64,000 nucleotides of DNA, taken from Bacteroidales bacterium. GTDB lineage: Bacteria; Bacteroidota; Bacteroidia; Bacteroidales; Prolixibacteraceae. This document shows positions 39,872 through 48,313 of this stretch, piece after piece (position 1 is the first letter of the stretch; the number at the start of each line of letters is the position of its first letter). The translations under genes were made by a program, and so were the position numbers. The stretch is taken from contig JBBIHB010000008.1 of assembly GCA_037447215.1 (NCBI GenBank), forward strand, positions 39,923 to 103,922, written 5' to 3'. The notes below the pieces were generated by a model that was given only the letters and a program-made list of their open reading frames with translations, was not told the origin of the DNA and searched no databases.

Positions 39872-40771
39872 TCAATACATAACAGGTCTCCTTCTTCGGA
39901 TCTGGGCCAGGAACAAACCTCCAATCACAACCATAATCCCTGTAAATTTCTGAAAAGTGAGCTGGTCACCTAATATAAACCAGGCAAATATGGCCACAAA
40001 TACCGGTATTAGGTTTACAAACATATTTGAGCGGTTGATTCCTATAGTCCTGACACTGTATGTAAACAGAATAAAAGCAAAAGTTGAAGCAAAAACCGAC
40101 AACAGGATAATTGCCCTGAATGCCTGCCAATGAAATGGAATTTGCATTAAACTCCCTGCTTCAAAGAAGCTCCAGAATGGAAGGAACATAAAAATCCCGA
40201 TAAAATTCTGGTAAGTGATTATGGTGAATGTATTATACCTGAAGGCCAGTTTTCGAAGAACCAATGAATATCCTATAGCGGCAAAAACTGCCATAAATTC
40301 GAGTAATACACCTTTGGGTGAAGCTGAAAAACTGAGGTCGTGGTTCAATATTACCAGGCAAACCCCAATGAAGGAAAGAATAAGTCCGGCTGTGTTCATC
40401 AAACTCAACCGCTCTTTATAAAAATACCATGCAGCAATTGGTGCAAAAAGCGGTATGGTTGCTACAATTACAGCTGCAACGGTTGATGATACATACAGGA
40501 GTCCGTAACTTTCGCCCATGAAATATAAAAATGGTTCAAACAAGGCCAGCAGAAAAAATATTGGATAATCTTTTTTTTGCAGTTTCTGAAGTTTATTCAC
40601 AAAAAGCGAAAAGGTAAACAACAATGAAACCGAAATGATCAGCCTTAAAAATATTACGGTAAGCGGGCCATAAGCCAGATAAGCAATTTTCACCCATACA
40701 AATGAAAAACTCCAGAATATCATCGACAGCATGGCTGCTGCCATTGGTTTTATTTCCCTGTTTTCGTTCAT
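39872..40771 (-). CDS. DMT-superfamily (EamA) transporter
   Basis: Ten predicted TM helices arranged as two EamA-like halves. 299 aa. Confidence 0.8.
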   Translation of the reverse strand: MNENREIKPMAAAMLSMIFWSFSFVWVKIAYLAYGPLTVIFLRLIISVSLLFTFSLFVNKLQKLQKKDYPIFFLLALFEPFLYFMGESYGLLYVSSTVAAVIVATIPLFAPIAAWYFYKERLSLMNTAGLILSFIGVCLVILNHDLSFSASPKGVLLEFMAVFAAIGYSLVLRKLAFRYNTFTIITYQNFIGIFMFLPFWSFFEAGSLMQIPFHWQAFRAIILLSVFASTFAFILFTYSVRTIGINRSNMFVNLIPVFVAIFAWFILGDQLTFQKFTGIMVVIGGLFLAQIRRRRPVMY

Positions 40772-40942
40772 TCATTAAACCTTGAAGCGACAAAAATAGG
40801 AATTTCACCGGGTATTGGGTTAAACATCTGTTATATCAGAAAAAACAGCGTAAATAATTGGACAAACATGAAACAATTTGGTAATTTTGCCCCGGTTTTG
40901 AAGGCGTTTACCTTCGTACATCACAATATAAATATTATCGTT

Positions 40943-41812
40943 ATGAAAAGAAAAGTATTTTCGGGAAAAGCAATTGTTGTAATTGTGTTTTTTATTGCAA
41001 TGATAATGATGTCCTGTGAGAAACCATCGGAGCCTAAGAACATCGGGCTGCAGTTATACTCGCTGCGTGAAGCCATCCGTAATGATGTTCAGGGTACGGT
41101 TGCAAAAGTGGGTGAAATGGGCTATTCATTTGTTGAAGCTGCAGGATACCGTGATGGCCTTTTTTATGGAATGGAGCCCGAAGAGTTTAAAAATCATTGC
41201 GAATCAAATGGTTTGTTATTCTTAGGCTCGCATACAGGCAGGGATTTACCCGAAGAAGGACAATGGGACGAAACTATGGAGTGGTGGGACAAGTGTATTG
41301 ATGCCCATGTGGCAGCCGGCGTGAAGTGGATTGTTCAGCCGTGGATGGGACGTGTTGGGTACGAAACTCTCGAAGGACTTAAAAAATACTGTGACTACTG
41401 GAATGTGGTAGGTGAAAAATGCAATCAGAAAGGAATCCGGTTTGGTTACCATAATCACGATAAAGAGTTCACCGAACTCGAGGGGCAGATTATCTATGAC
41501 TTTATGCTCGAAAATATGGATCCGGATAAAGTCATGTTCCAGCTCGACCTATATTGGTGTGTGGTTGGAGGTAAGAATCCGGTGGATTATTTAACTAAAT
41601 ATCCAGGGAGGTTTGAAGTTTGGCATATTAAGGATAAAGCTGAAGTGGGAGCAAGCGGAACCATGGATTTTGCAGCTTATTTTGCTGCTGCAAAAATTTC
41701 GGGAATGAAGTATTGTGTTGTCGAACTAGAAGAGTACAATTTCGATCCATTTGAAAGTGTGAGGATAAGCCTCGATTATCTGAACAATGCCGATTATGTG
41801 GTTATGCCCTGA
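40943..41812 (+). CDS. Sugar phosphate isomerase/epimerase (xylose-isomerase-like TIM barrel), exported
   Basis: Signal/lipobox ...MIMMSC. Also IGLQLYSLRE, GYSFVEAAGY, GYHNHDKEF and VWHIKD. Confidence 0.75.
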   Translation: MKRKVFSGKAIVVIVFFIAMIMMSCEKPSEPKNIGLQLYSLREAIRNDVQGTVAKVGEMGYSFVEAAGYRDGLFYGMEPEEFKNHCESNGLLFLGSHTGRDLPEEGQWDETMEWWDKCIDAHVAAGVKWIVQPWMGRVGYETLEGLKKYCDYWNVVGEKCNQKGIRFGYHNHDKEFTELEGQIIYDFMLENMDPDKVMFQLDLYWCVVGGKNPVDYLTKYPGRFEVWHIKDKAEVGASGTMDFAAYFAAAKISGMKYCVVELEEYNFDPFESVRISLDYLNNADYVVMP

Positions 41813-41821
41813 TTTAAGGCC

Positions 41822-42322
41822 CTAAAAATGAAATTTCAGTGTAAACGCAAAGTCCAAAAGTTGTATCCTTCCATAATTTTTACCACCGAAGTCAACATAA
41901 GGCTTCACTTCAGGTGCTAACGATAACGGGAAGATAAATAAGGATATTCGACCCCGGCTAGCAGATCGAAACCTGCCAAAGGAATGAAGCCAATTTTTTT
42001 ATACGTGCATGCCCAACATAAAAGCTCCGGTACCAGCTTTCGCACCCGGCATGAGTGCCGATGCCTTAAAAAAAGTTGAGGCGGTTCGGGAAATCGAAAA
42101 TTCCTTTCTCTTGCATTTCATACATTCCGTTTAACTGAAAGACTCTGTTGCGCGAGCTTATCAGGAATTTGAAGGGATTCTGTTCGATCGGATTGAACCT
42201 GTACTAAAATCCGGAACTTATCCCTCCCCTTAACCCATGAGCATGCGACCGCTCTTTTGAAATCAGCGCTGTTGAGATAATTGACAACAGCATTAAAATC
42301 AATATTTTTATGATCACGGTTG
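41822..42322 (-). pseudogene. Decayed small outer-membrane beta-barrel (porin-family) gene
   Basis: The minus strand reads (GTG)IIKILILMLLSIISTALIS...GLRGGISSGF*. The reading then changes frame (ASALMPGAKAGTGAFMLGMHV*; GFIPLAGFDLLAGVEYPYLSSRYR*) and ends in a beta-signal, ...LLDFAFTLKFHF*. There are several stops and frameshifts. Confidence 0.5.
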
Positions 42323-42359
42323 GAAATTGGTTTCTGTGATTTAAAATGTATTAACCACT

Positions 42360-42975
42360 TCAATTCTCCCGGATAATTTTGCCTGAACCGGAAAGTGATT
42401 CCGTTACGGCCGGGTTCCCCAGATGAAATACATTTCCACTGCCCGAAATCCTTGTTTAGAGTCTGCGGCTTGAATTCACAAACATATTGCCTGATCCTGA
42501 AATGACGGCTTTGCAATTTAAATTTGATAAAACGTAAGCAAATATTTTTCCCGAACCGGAAATAACTGCTTCGAAATGCCCCGGTGTGTAATAGCCCGTG
42601 GTAATTTCTCCCGAACTTTTGAACCGAACTACTACAAGATCAGGGGTAGCAACAAATATTTCCATAGGCCGTGTATAACGAAGGCTTTAAATCCCTTCAA
42701 CACTGATGTTCAGCTTCCCGTTGCGTATATCGGTTTCAATTTAGGGGAGAAGGTTGCTCTCTGCATTTACAACACTTCATAAAAATCGCATTGTGATACA
42801 TGAACAATAAAATTGCCGCTTGAGTTTACCTCTCTGAAAGGCCGTGCATACCATTTTTCACTTTCGATTATCCCGTTCCCTCTGATAAATAGGTCGTCAA
42901 AACAACCTGTATTGGCAATTGCTAAGGCTATCACAGCAAACCAAATAAAGAAAAATCTGTTTTTCGAGGCTTTAA
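42360..42975 (-). pseudogene. Decayed DUF2807-like (putative adhesin head) lipoprotein gene
   Basis: The minus strand reads KNRFFFIWFAVIALAIANTGCFDDLFIRGNGIIESE...VHVSQCDFYEVL*. It shifts frame to VVNAESNLLP*IETDIRNGKLNISVEGI*...AVISGSGKI...AVISGSGNM...*, then shifts again to ISGSGNVFHLGNPAVTESLSGSGKIIREN*. There is no start codon, at least 3 stops and at least 2 frameshifts. Confidence 0.6.
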
Positions 42976-43127
42976 ATTAAAATTGTAATCTGTTTTAGAT
43001 GGTTTTCGGACAAAGAGGCGACATAATGATGGATTTGTTTCAAAACTTTAGCCATAATTGTAAAAAAATGTTAAATTGAGAATACAATTTTTTTTATTCC
43101 AGGGATTGATGATTTGGGGAAAGTGGT

Positions 43128-43135
43128 TATATTTG
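43128..43135 (+). promoter_or_regulatory. Bacteroidota -7 box (TAnnTTTG) upstream of tRNA-His
   Basis: TATATTTG ends 17 nt before the tRNA 5' end. Confidence 0.45.
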
Positions 43136-43152
43136 CAGCCGCAAACCGACAT

Positions 43153-43227
<75 letters not shown>

Positions 43228-43235
43228 CACGAAAA

Positions 43236-43259
43236 GCCCGGATTTTGTCCGGGTTTTTT
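43236..43259 (+). terminator. Rho-independent terminator after tRNA-His
   Basis: Stem CCCGGA/TCCGGG with a 5-nt loop, followed by T6. Confidence 0.75.
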
Positions 43260-43280
43260 CATTTTGAGGATAATTTCCTT

Positions 43281-43679
43281 TCAGAGTTTCTTTTTTTCGA
43301 TCAGATTGCCTTCATGGTCGAGTAAAAGATAATACCGGTCCAGATACAGGTCGCGGGCAATGACATCGTAAAATATTTTGCCATCACGGGTAATTTCGAT
43401 CAGGTTCATTAATTCGCCCACATATTTTGCTTGTTTCACCACTTCAGGCGAAGCTTCACTTAAAACAAGGTTTTGTTTCTTTTCAATCAAAACTCCATCA
43501 GGGGCAAAAAGTGCAATATTTTCCCTTTCCTCAATATAAAATAACACTTCATAATTGTTATTCTCGCGGTGCCATTCAACATTCACCGGCTGTCCGAATA
43601 TGCTTTCGAACGATTTTAATACGGCTTTTGTAGGTTTGGTTTTATTCGATTGAAAGATTTTTAAAATTATATTTTGCAT
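43281..43679 (-). CDS. Hypothetical protein (possibly PepSY-like), downstream of the ECF sigma gene
   Basis: 132 aa with no TM helix. There are two similar halves with W/Y...E...F...DG...K patterns. The family call is weak. Confidence 0.45.
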   Translation of the reverse strand: MQNIILKIFQSNKTKPTKAVLKSFESIFGQPVNVEWHRENNNYEVLFYIEERENIALFAPDGVLIEKKQNLVLSEASPEVVKQAKYVGELMNLIEITRDGKIFYDVIARDLYLDRYYLLLDHEGNLIEKKKL

Positions 43680-43737
43680 TTTATTACTGTTTTTTTAATG
43701 ACGATTTTTTTTTCAGAAGTAACGTGTTTTGAAAGAA

Positions 43738-44304
43738 TTAATCATGAAAGTGCTGTTTGTATAAATATACAATACGTGTTCTTGCACGTTTAAGGCGCAT
43801 TTTAACTGCATCTTCACTGATCCTTAGCGTATTGGCTATTTGTTTCAACGACATTTCATCCTGATATTTCATCAGGATCAAAGCTTTTTCTTCAGGGTGG
43901 ATCATTTCAAGGATTTTAAGCAGCTTTTCGTACGTTACCCCCGAAAGGTCCTCTTCGGTTTCATCAGGTATTTCTGGAATCTCATTGTTTTTGTTCCAAT
44001 CCGGATAATGAAGCTTTTTCTGAAAACGCAGGTAATCGATACAATAGTTATAAGAAATGGAATAAATCCAGGAAGATATGGCAGAGTTGCCTTTGTATCC
44101 GGTTAACTTTTCATAGACTTTCGATAAAATGTCGTTGGTAAATTCTTCCGATTTCTGCCGGTCTTTAATAAAACTGTAAACCTTATCGAATACTTTGTGA
44201 TGATACCTTTTGTATAGTATTTCAAAAAGATAGTCTTCACTGTTGTGAATAATCCTATGGGCAAGTTCCTCATCTTTGAGGTGCAGAAATGTTTTATCAA
44301 GCAT
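43738..44304 (-). CDS. ECF-type RNA polymerase sigma-70 family factor
   Basis: Region 2 (ISSWIYSISYNYCIDYLR) and region 4 HTH (MSLKQIANTLRISEDAVKMRLKRAR). 188 aa. Confidence 0.85.
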   Translation of the reverse strand: MLDKTFLHLKDEELAHRIIHNSEDYLFEILYKRYHHKVFDKVYSFIKDRQKSEEFTNDILSKVYEKLTGYKGNSAISSWIYSISYNYCIDYLRFQKKLHYPDWNKNNEIPEIPDETEEDLSGVTYEKLLKILEMIHPEEKALILMKYQDEMSLKQIANTLRISEDAVKMRLKRARTRIVYLYKQHFHD

Positions 44305-44386
44305 ATTTCAGAAATGTAACAGAATATTTTTTAATAATTTTTCTTATCGATTGGTTACTTTTAAAATTTCCTACGTCTTAATGACA

Positions 44387-44431
44387 AATCAACCGGAATG
44401 ATGAAAATTTTATAAGAGAGTCCGGTTGATT
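44387..44431. promoter_or_regulatory. Perfect 11-bp inverted repeat in the divergent sigma/lipoprotein intergenic region
   Basis: AATCAACCGGA (44387-44397) and TCCGGTTGATT (44421-44431), separated by 23 nt. It lies 38 nt upstream of ATG 44469. Confidence 0.5.
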
Positions 44432-44468
44432 TCGAAAATTGGTTAAACAAAAATAACTTTTAATTGGT

Positions 44469-45065
44469 ATGAAAAACAAATTTGCTTTCGCTATTTTGAT
44501 GTTCAGTGTTGTTGTATTGCTGAGCAGTTGTGCTAAAGTTCCTCAGGCGGAATTAGATGCAGCAAAAGCTGCAATTGAAGATGCAAGGTCATCGGGTGCT
44601 GATCTTTATGTGCCGGCTGAATTCAATGCAATGCAGGATTCATTGAATGCTGTCAGTGCTCTTATTGAAGCCCGTAAGGGAAAAATGTTTGCCAGCTTTG
44701 CCGATGTAAAAACCAAATTGGCACAAATCAACGAAATGTCGTTAACCGTAAAAGCCAATACTGAAACCCGTAAGGCTGAAGTACAGGCCGAAGTGGATGC
44801 TCTTATGGCCGAAGTTAGCACATTGGTTGCTGAAGCTAAAAACCTAGTTGCAAAAGCACCTAAAGGGAAAGAAGGTAAAGCTGCTGTTGATGCTATTGCT
44901 GCCGAAATTGGAACAGTGGAAACGGCAACAACCGAAGCAACAGCCCTGGTCGAGCAGGGAAAATGGATAGAAGCCAACGATAAACTGAAAGCAGCAAAAG
45001 AAAAAGTAACTGCGATTACAACTGAATTACAAACAGTTATTGACAAATTCAAAGGTAGAAGATAA
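44469..45065 (+). CDS. Ala-rich coiled-coil lipoprotein (DUF4398-like N-terminus)
   Basis: Lipobox LLSSC, then AELDAAKAAIEDARSSGADLYVPAEFNAMQDSLNA, then long A/E/K-rich helices. Confidence 0.6.
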   Translation: MKNKFAFAILMFSVVVLLSSCAKVPQAELDAAKAAIEDARSSGADLYVPAEFNAMQDSLNAVSALIEARKGKMFASFADVKTKLAQINEMSLTVKANTETRKAEVQAEVDALMAEVSTLVAEAKNLVAKAPKGKEGKAAVDAIAAEIGTVETATTEATALVEQGKWIEANDKLKAAKEKVTAITTELQTVIDKFKGRR

Positions 45066-45099
45066 TTTTTTTTTGATTTTTGTTTGTTTCATTGGTGCT

Positions 45100-45130
45100 C
45101 CCCGGAGTTAATCTGCTCCGGGGTTTTTTT
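45100..45130 (+). terminator. Rho-independent terminator after the lipoprotein gene
   Basis: Stem CCCCGGAG (45100-45107) with CTCCGGGG (45116-45123), followed by T7. Confidence 0.7.
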
Positions 45131-45141
45131 AGTTTTGTTAA

Positions 45142-46293
45142 ATGATCAGAATCAGAAAATTAAGAATCAGGATTGGTTATAGCCTTTTTACTCTGGTTGT
45201 AGTTATTACAATTGTTTCGGTATTATTCTATATTTTCATTCCCGAAACCCCCGATCAGGCAATTAATACTGCAATGGAAAATCTTGCTGAGGCTCGAAAT
45301 GGAGGTGCGCTTCAATATGCACCCGAGAAATTCAGTAAAGCCAGTTCATATTACGATTCAGCAATGTGGGCCTGGCAAAACCAAAACCAGCGTTTTATTT
45401 TATTGCGCGATTATTCCAGGGTTGTTTATTTTGCCGTTTTATCTTCCGATGCATCGCTCGAATCCATAAAACTTGCCTCACGAAATTCGTTGAATGCCAA
45501 TCAGGAAACTGCATCTAAGTATGAACACTTGAAAGAAATGCTTCGGCAAATTGGCTTGTTGTATTCATCCCTTCCTTTTCCTGATTCATTCCGCGACCAG
45601 TATAGCCGGGCCAAACTGATGCTCAGTGAAGCAAAAGTGGCTAGGGATAAAGGTGATTACGGAAAAGCAGCAGAAATCATGAATAATGTTGATCAACACA
45701 TCATAAAAATTGAAAATCTGGCTGAAAATCGAATGATAGAATATTTTGAATCCTTCGATCATTGGGAAAACCTTTATAAATCTGCCCTGCAGGTATCAGA
45801 AAGAAACAATGCACCTCTCATTGTAGTGGATAAATTAAGCAGGGAATTGAAGCTTTATAAGGATGGTAAACTGAAAAATACTTTTCATGCCGAATTTGGC
45901 CCAAACTGGATTGGGGATAAAAACCACCAGGGTGACCAGGCAACTCCCGAAGGAAGCTACCTTGTAGTAAGAAAAAAAGAGAAACGGCAAACCAGATATT
46001 ACAAGGCATTATTGTTGAACTACCCCAACAGCGATGATTTGGAGAGATACCGTAACAACATAAAAAATGGCGTTATACCAAAGCATATTGATGTGGGTGG
46101 ATTAATCGAAATTCATGGACATGGAGGACAGGGTTTCAACTGGACTAACGGATGTGTGGCACTAACCGACCACGAAATGGACTTTGTATTTAGGAACACT
46201 TCGGTTAACACCCCAGTTATTATTGTTGGATCATTAAAACCTTACAAAGAGTGGCGCAGTAAAACGCTTGCCGAAAGTCATAATTTGGATTGA
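45142..46293 (+). CDS. L,D-transpeptidase (YkuD) family protein with a DUF4398-like N-terminal region
   Basis: N-terminal TM anchor. AEARNGGALQYAPEKFSKASSYYDSA resembles the neighbouring lipoprotein. The C-terminal YkuD catalytic motif is IEIHGHGG....WTNGCVAL. Confidence 0.75.
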   Translation: MIRIRKLRIRIGYSLFTLVVVITIVSVLFYIFIPETPDQAINTAMENLAEARNGGALQYAPEKFSKASSYYDSAMWAWQNQNQRFILLRDYSRVVYFAVLSSDASLESIKLASRNSLNANQETASKYEHLKEMLRQIGLLYSSLPFPDSFRDQYSRAKLMLSEAKVARDKGDYGKAAEIMNNVDQHIIKIENLAENRMIEYFESFDHWENLYKSALQVSERNNAPLIVVDKLSRELKLYKDGKLKNTFHAEFGPNWIGDKNHQGDQATPEGSYLVVRKKEKRQTRYYKALLLNYPNSDDLERYRNNIKNGVIPKHIDVGGLIEIHGHGGQGFNWTNGCVALTDHEMDFVFRNTSVNTPVIIVGSLKPYKEWRSKTLAESHNLD

Positions 46294-46323
46294 TATCCTG
46301 AAATTTTAATAACTATAAAAGAA

Positions 46324-47049
46324 ATGAATCCGTTGACAGAAAATAAAAAACTTTCATTAAGCTATCTGTTAACCCAGGAAAAGGTTAAGAAGGCCATATT
46401 TCCTTCTTTAAAAATTGCCGGAGCAGTCTTCGCTTATTTTCTGTTTTTACCTTTTCTGTTGTTTGTATCCCCTTTCATTGCCGAAAGATTTGTACCGGTT
46501 GTCAGGTCTGGAAATATTGTGGAACATGATGCTGTTTCATCGAAAAGGATTGCAGCATTACAGAATGATATCCGTAATCTCGAACGTAGGATTGAACGTT
46601 TGACTCCTGGCAATGCCTATCTGGTGGTAAATACTACCGAAAACCGTTTTGCATTGTACCGGAACCGACAATTAGTAAAGGAAGGAATGTGCTCAACAGG
46701 CAGCATGATCAGCCTTGAAGGGGAGGGCGACCAGAGATGGTTTTTCCGGACTCCCCGGGGCGACTTCAGGGTGCAGGCCAAACTCGAGAATCCGGTTTGG
46801 CGGAAACCCGACTGGGCTTTTGTGGAAGATGGCCTTCCTGTTCCTCCCCCCGATCATCCGTCGAGGTACGAAAGAGGTGTACTGGGTGATTATGCCTTGA
46901 CACTCGGCGATGGATATATGATTCACGGTACGCTTTATCAAAGGCTCATAGGATTGCCCGTAACCCATGGTTGTATTCGAATGCTCGATGATGACCTTGA
47001 GGCGGTTTTCCAATCACTTCCGGTTGGGGCTAAAGTGTTTATTTACTAG
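46324..47049 (+). CDS. L,D-transpeptidase (YkuD) family protein
   Basis: TM anchor, YLVVNTTENRFALYRNRQLV, and catalytic IHGT......PVTHGCIRM. Confidence 0.8.
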   Translation: MNPLTENKKLSLSYLLTQEKVKKAIFPSLKIAGAVFAYFLFLPFLLFVSPFIAERFVPVVRSGNIVEHDAVSSKRIAALQNDIRNLERRIERLTPGNAYLVVNTTENRFALYRNRQLVKEGMCSTGSMISLEGEGDQRWFFRTPRGDFRVQAKLENPVWRKPDWAFVEDGLPVPPPDHPSRYERGVLGDYALTLGDGYMIHGTLYQRLIGLPVTHGCIRMLDDDLEAVFQSLPVGAKVFIY

Positions 47050-47067
47050 ATAATTATCCTGAAAAAG

Positions 47068-47844
47068 ATGAATGAAAAAACAAAAAAGGTTTTAAGGCTC
47101 GTTTTTCTGAATGGAGTACCAATTGCACTGGTAATTTATTTTCTTGTATTTACCGGTTTCTATATTTCTGCGCTCCAAAGCAAACTTTCGCAGTGGAACT
47201 ATGCCGGGACTGGTATAAATGACACTCTGATATACTCCGCTGAAGAATGGAATCTTATTCATCAGAAATCTTTTCTGAATGCCCGGTTAACGTTGTCGAA
47301 GGGCGACTCCATCGGATTAACGGTTAACCTGGTTGACAGCCTGGTGCAACTCGAAATGAAAGGGGTTGTATTGAGGCAGGTGAAATTTCAAAAAGCCGAA
47401 ATGTCGAGGTTCTTTAAGGGTATCAAACCTGATGCTTATGCCCATCACTTTTCGAAACCCTTCAACATTACCGAAATTGAGGGAACTATTGAAAAAAATC
47501 CGGTCATTGTGCGGAAAGTTCCTAAGGATACTATAGAAGCGGCGCAGTCTGTAATAAAAATTGATACCACCAAATCTGAATTTATCGAGTGGCATTTGCT
47601 TCTCGACAGTGCCCTGATTGTCAGTATTGTACAATCGGATGAATTTGATAAGAAATTTGATGGCTCGTTATTGAGTTATCGATTGAGACGGCACATGAAA
47701 ACTTTGAAGTCGGTTAACCATGATGTGCTTCGGTTCCGGAAACCCGATTATTTGCCCGAAATAACAGTTTTTATACCTGCAAATGAGGCGAAATCATTTT
47801 TCAGGGCATTGCCTCCCAATGGCCGGTTTGTATTAAGGTTGTAA
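47068..47844 (+). CDS. Membrane-anchored hypothetical protein (last gene of the L,D-transpeptidase cluster)
   Basis: N-terminal TM helix and no recognisable motif. Spacing to the upstream gene is tight (18 nt). Confidence 0.5.
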   Translation: MNEKTKKVLRLVFLNGVPIALVIYFLVFTGFYISALQSKLSQWNYAGTGINDTLIYSAEEWNLIHQKSFLNARLTLSKGDSIGLTVNLVDSLVQLEMKGVVLRQVKFQKAEMSRFFKGIKPDAYAHHFSKPFNITEIEGTIEKNPVIVRKVPKDTIEAAQSVIKIDTTKSEFIEWHLLLDSALIVSIVQSDEFDKKFDGSLLSYRLRRHMKTLKSVNHDVLRFRKPDYLPEITVFIPANEAKSFFRALPPNGRFVLRL

Positions 47845-47856
47845 GTGCCGGTTACG

Positions 47857-47958
47857 TCAGATATACATCAACAGGATCAACAAAATCAGGATAATGACAA
47901 TACTGATGATAAATGCAGTCTGATTCCCTTTGCGCTGTATTTGTTTGGTTTTATCCAT
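47857..47958 (-). CDS. Possible 33-aa single-TM mini-protein
   Basis: The minus strand reads MDKTKQIQRKGNQTAFIISIVIILILLILLMYI*, with a basic N-terminus and one hydrophobic helix. It competes with an implausible low-complexity plus-strand ORF (47845..48072). Confidence 0.3.
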   Translation of the reverse strand: MDKTKQIQRKGNQTAFIISIVIILILLILLMYI

Positions 47959-48179
47959 ATCTCAATATTTATTAGATTTTATTTTTCAGTTGTTCAGTTA
48001 GACAAAATGCCACCAAATATACTTCAACATTTGATTGATTATTCATTTTACCTCTTCATTTTTTGTCATTAAGTTTCAAATTATTCTTTAAAATCGTTAT
48101 GAATTAAAGTGTAAAATAATTGATAATTTCGATTTTAATATATTGATAATCAATTAAAAATAGATTATTTGATATCGTA

Positions 48180-48195
48180 TGTGTTGTATAACACA
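48180..48195. promoter_or_regulatory. Palindrome TGTGTT-N4-AACACA upstream of the octaheme cytochrome gene
   Basis: Perfect 6-bp arms, 119 nt upstream of ATG 48314, in an AT-rich 240-bp spacer. The spacer also carries ATTGATAAT twice (48119-48127 and 48143-48151). Confidence 0.35.
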
Positions 48196-48313
48196 ATTTT
48201 GGACGTGTAGAAATATGTAGATAATTAGATACTTTTACTGCCATTTATGAGAAATTAAAAGAATGGATAGTTCCTTTTGAATGATTAACAGATAAATTTA
48301 GCCAGTTTATAAC

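Noticed and set aside
47845-48072. 75-aa plus-strand ORF (MPVTSDIHQQDQQNQDNDNTDD...)
   Set aside because: It is a low-complexity read-through of AT-rich spacer with a GTG start directly after the previous stop. The opposite-strand 33-aa TM mini-ORF is a better, though still weak, explanation.
48119-48153. Possible FNR/CRP box (TTGAT...ATCAA)
   Set aside because: The spacing is TTGAT-N1-ATCAA, not the canonical N4. The local Crp/Fnr protein also lacks an Fnr-type Cys cluster. I kept it only as a generic repeated motif.
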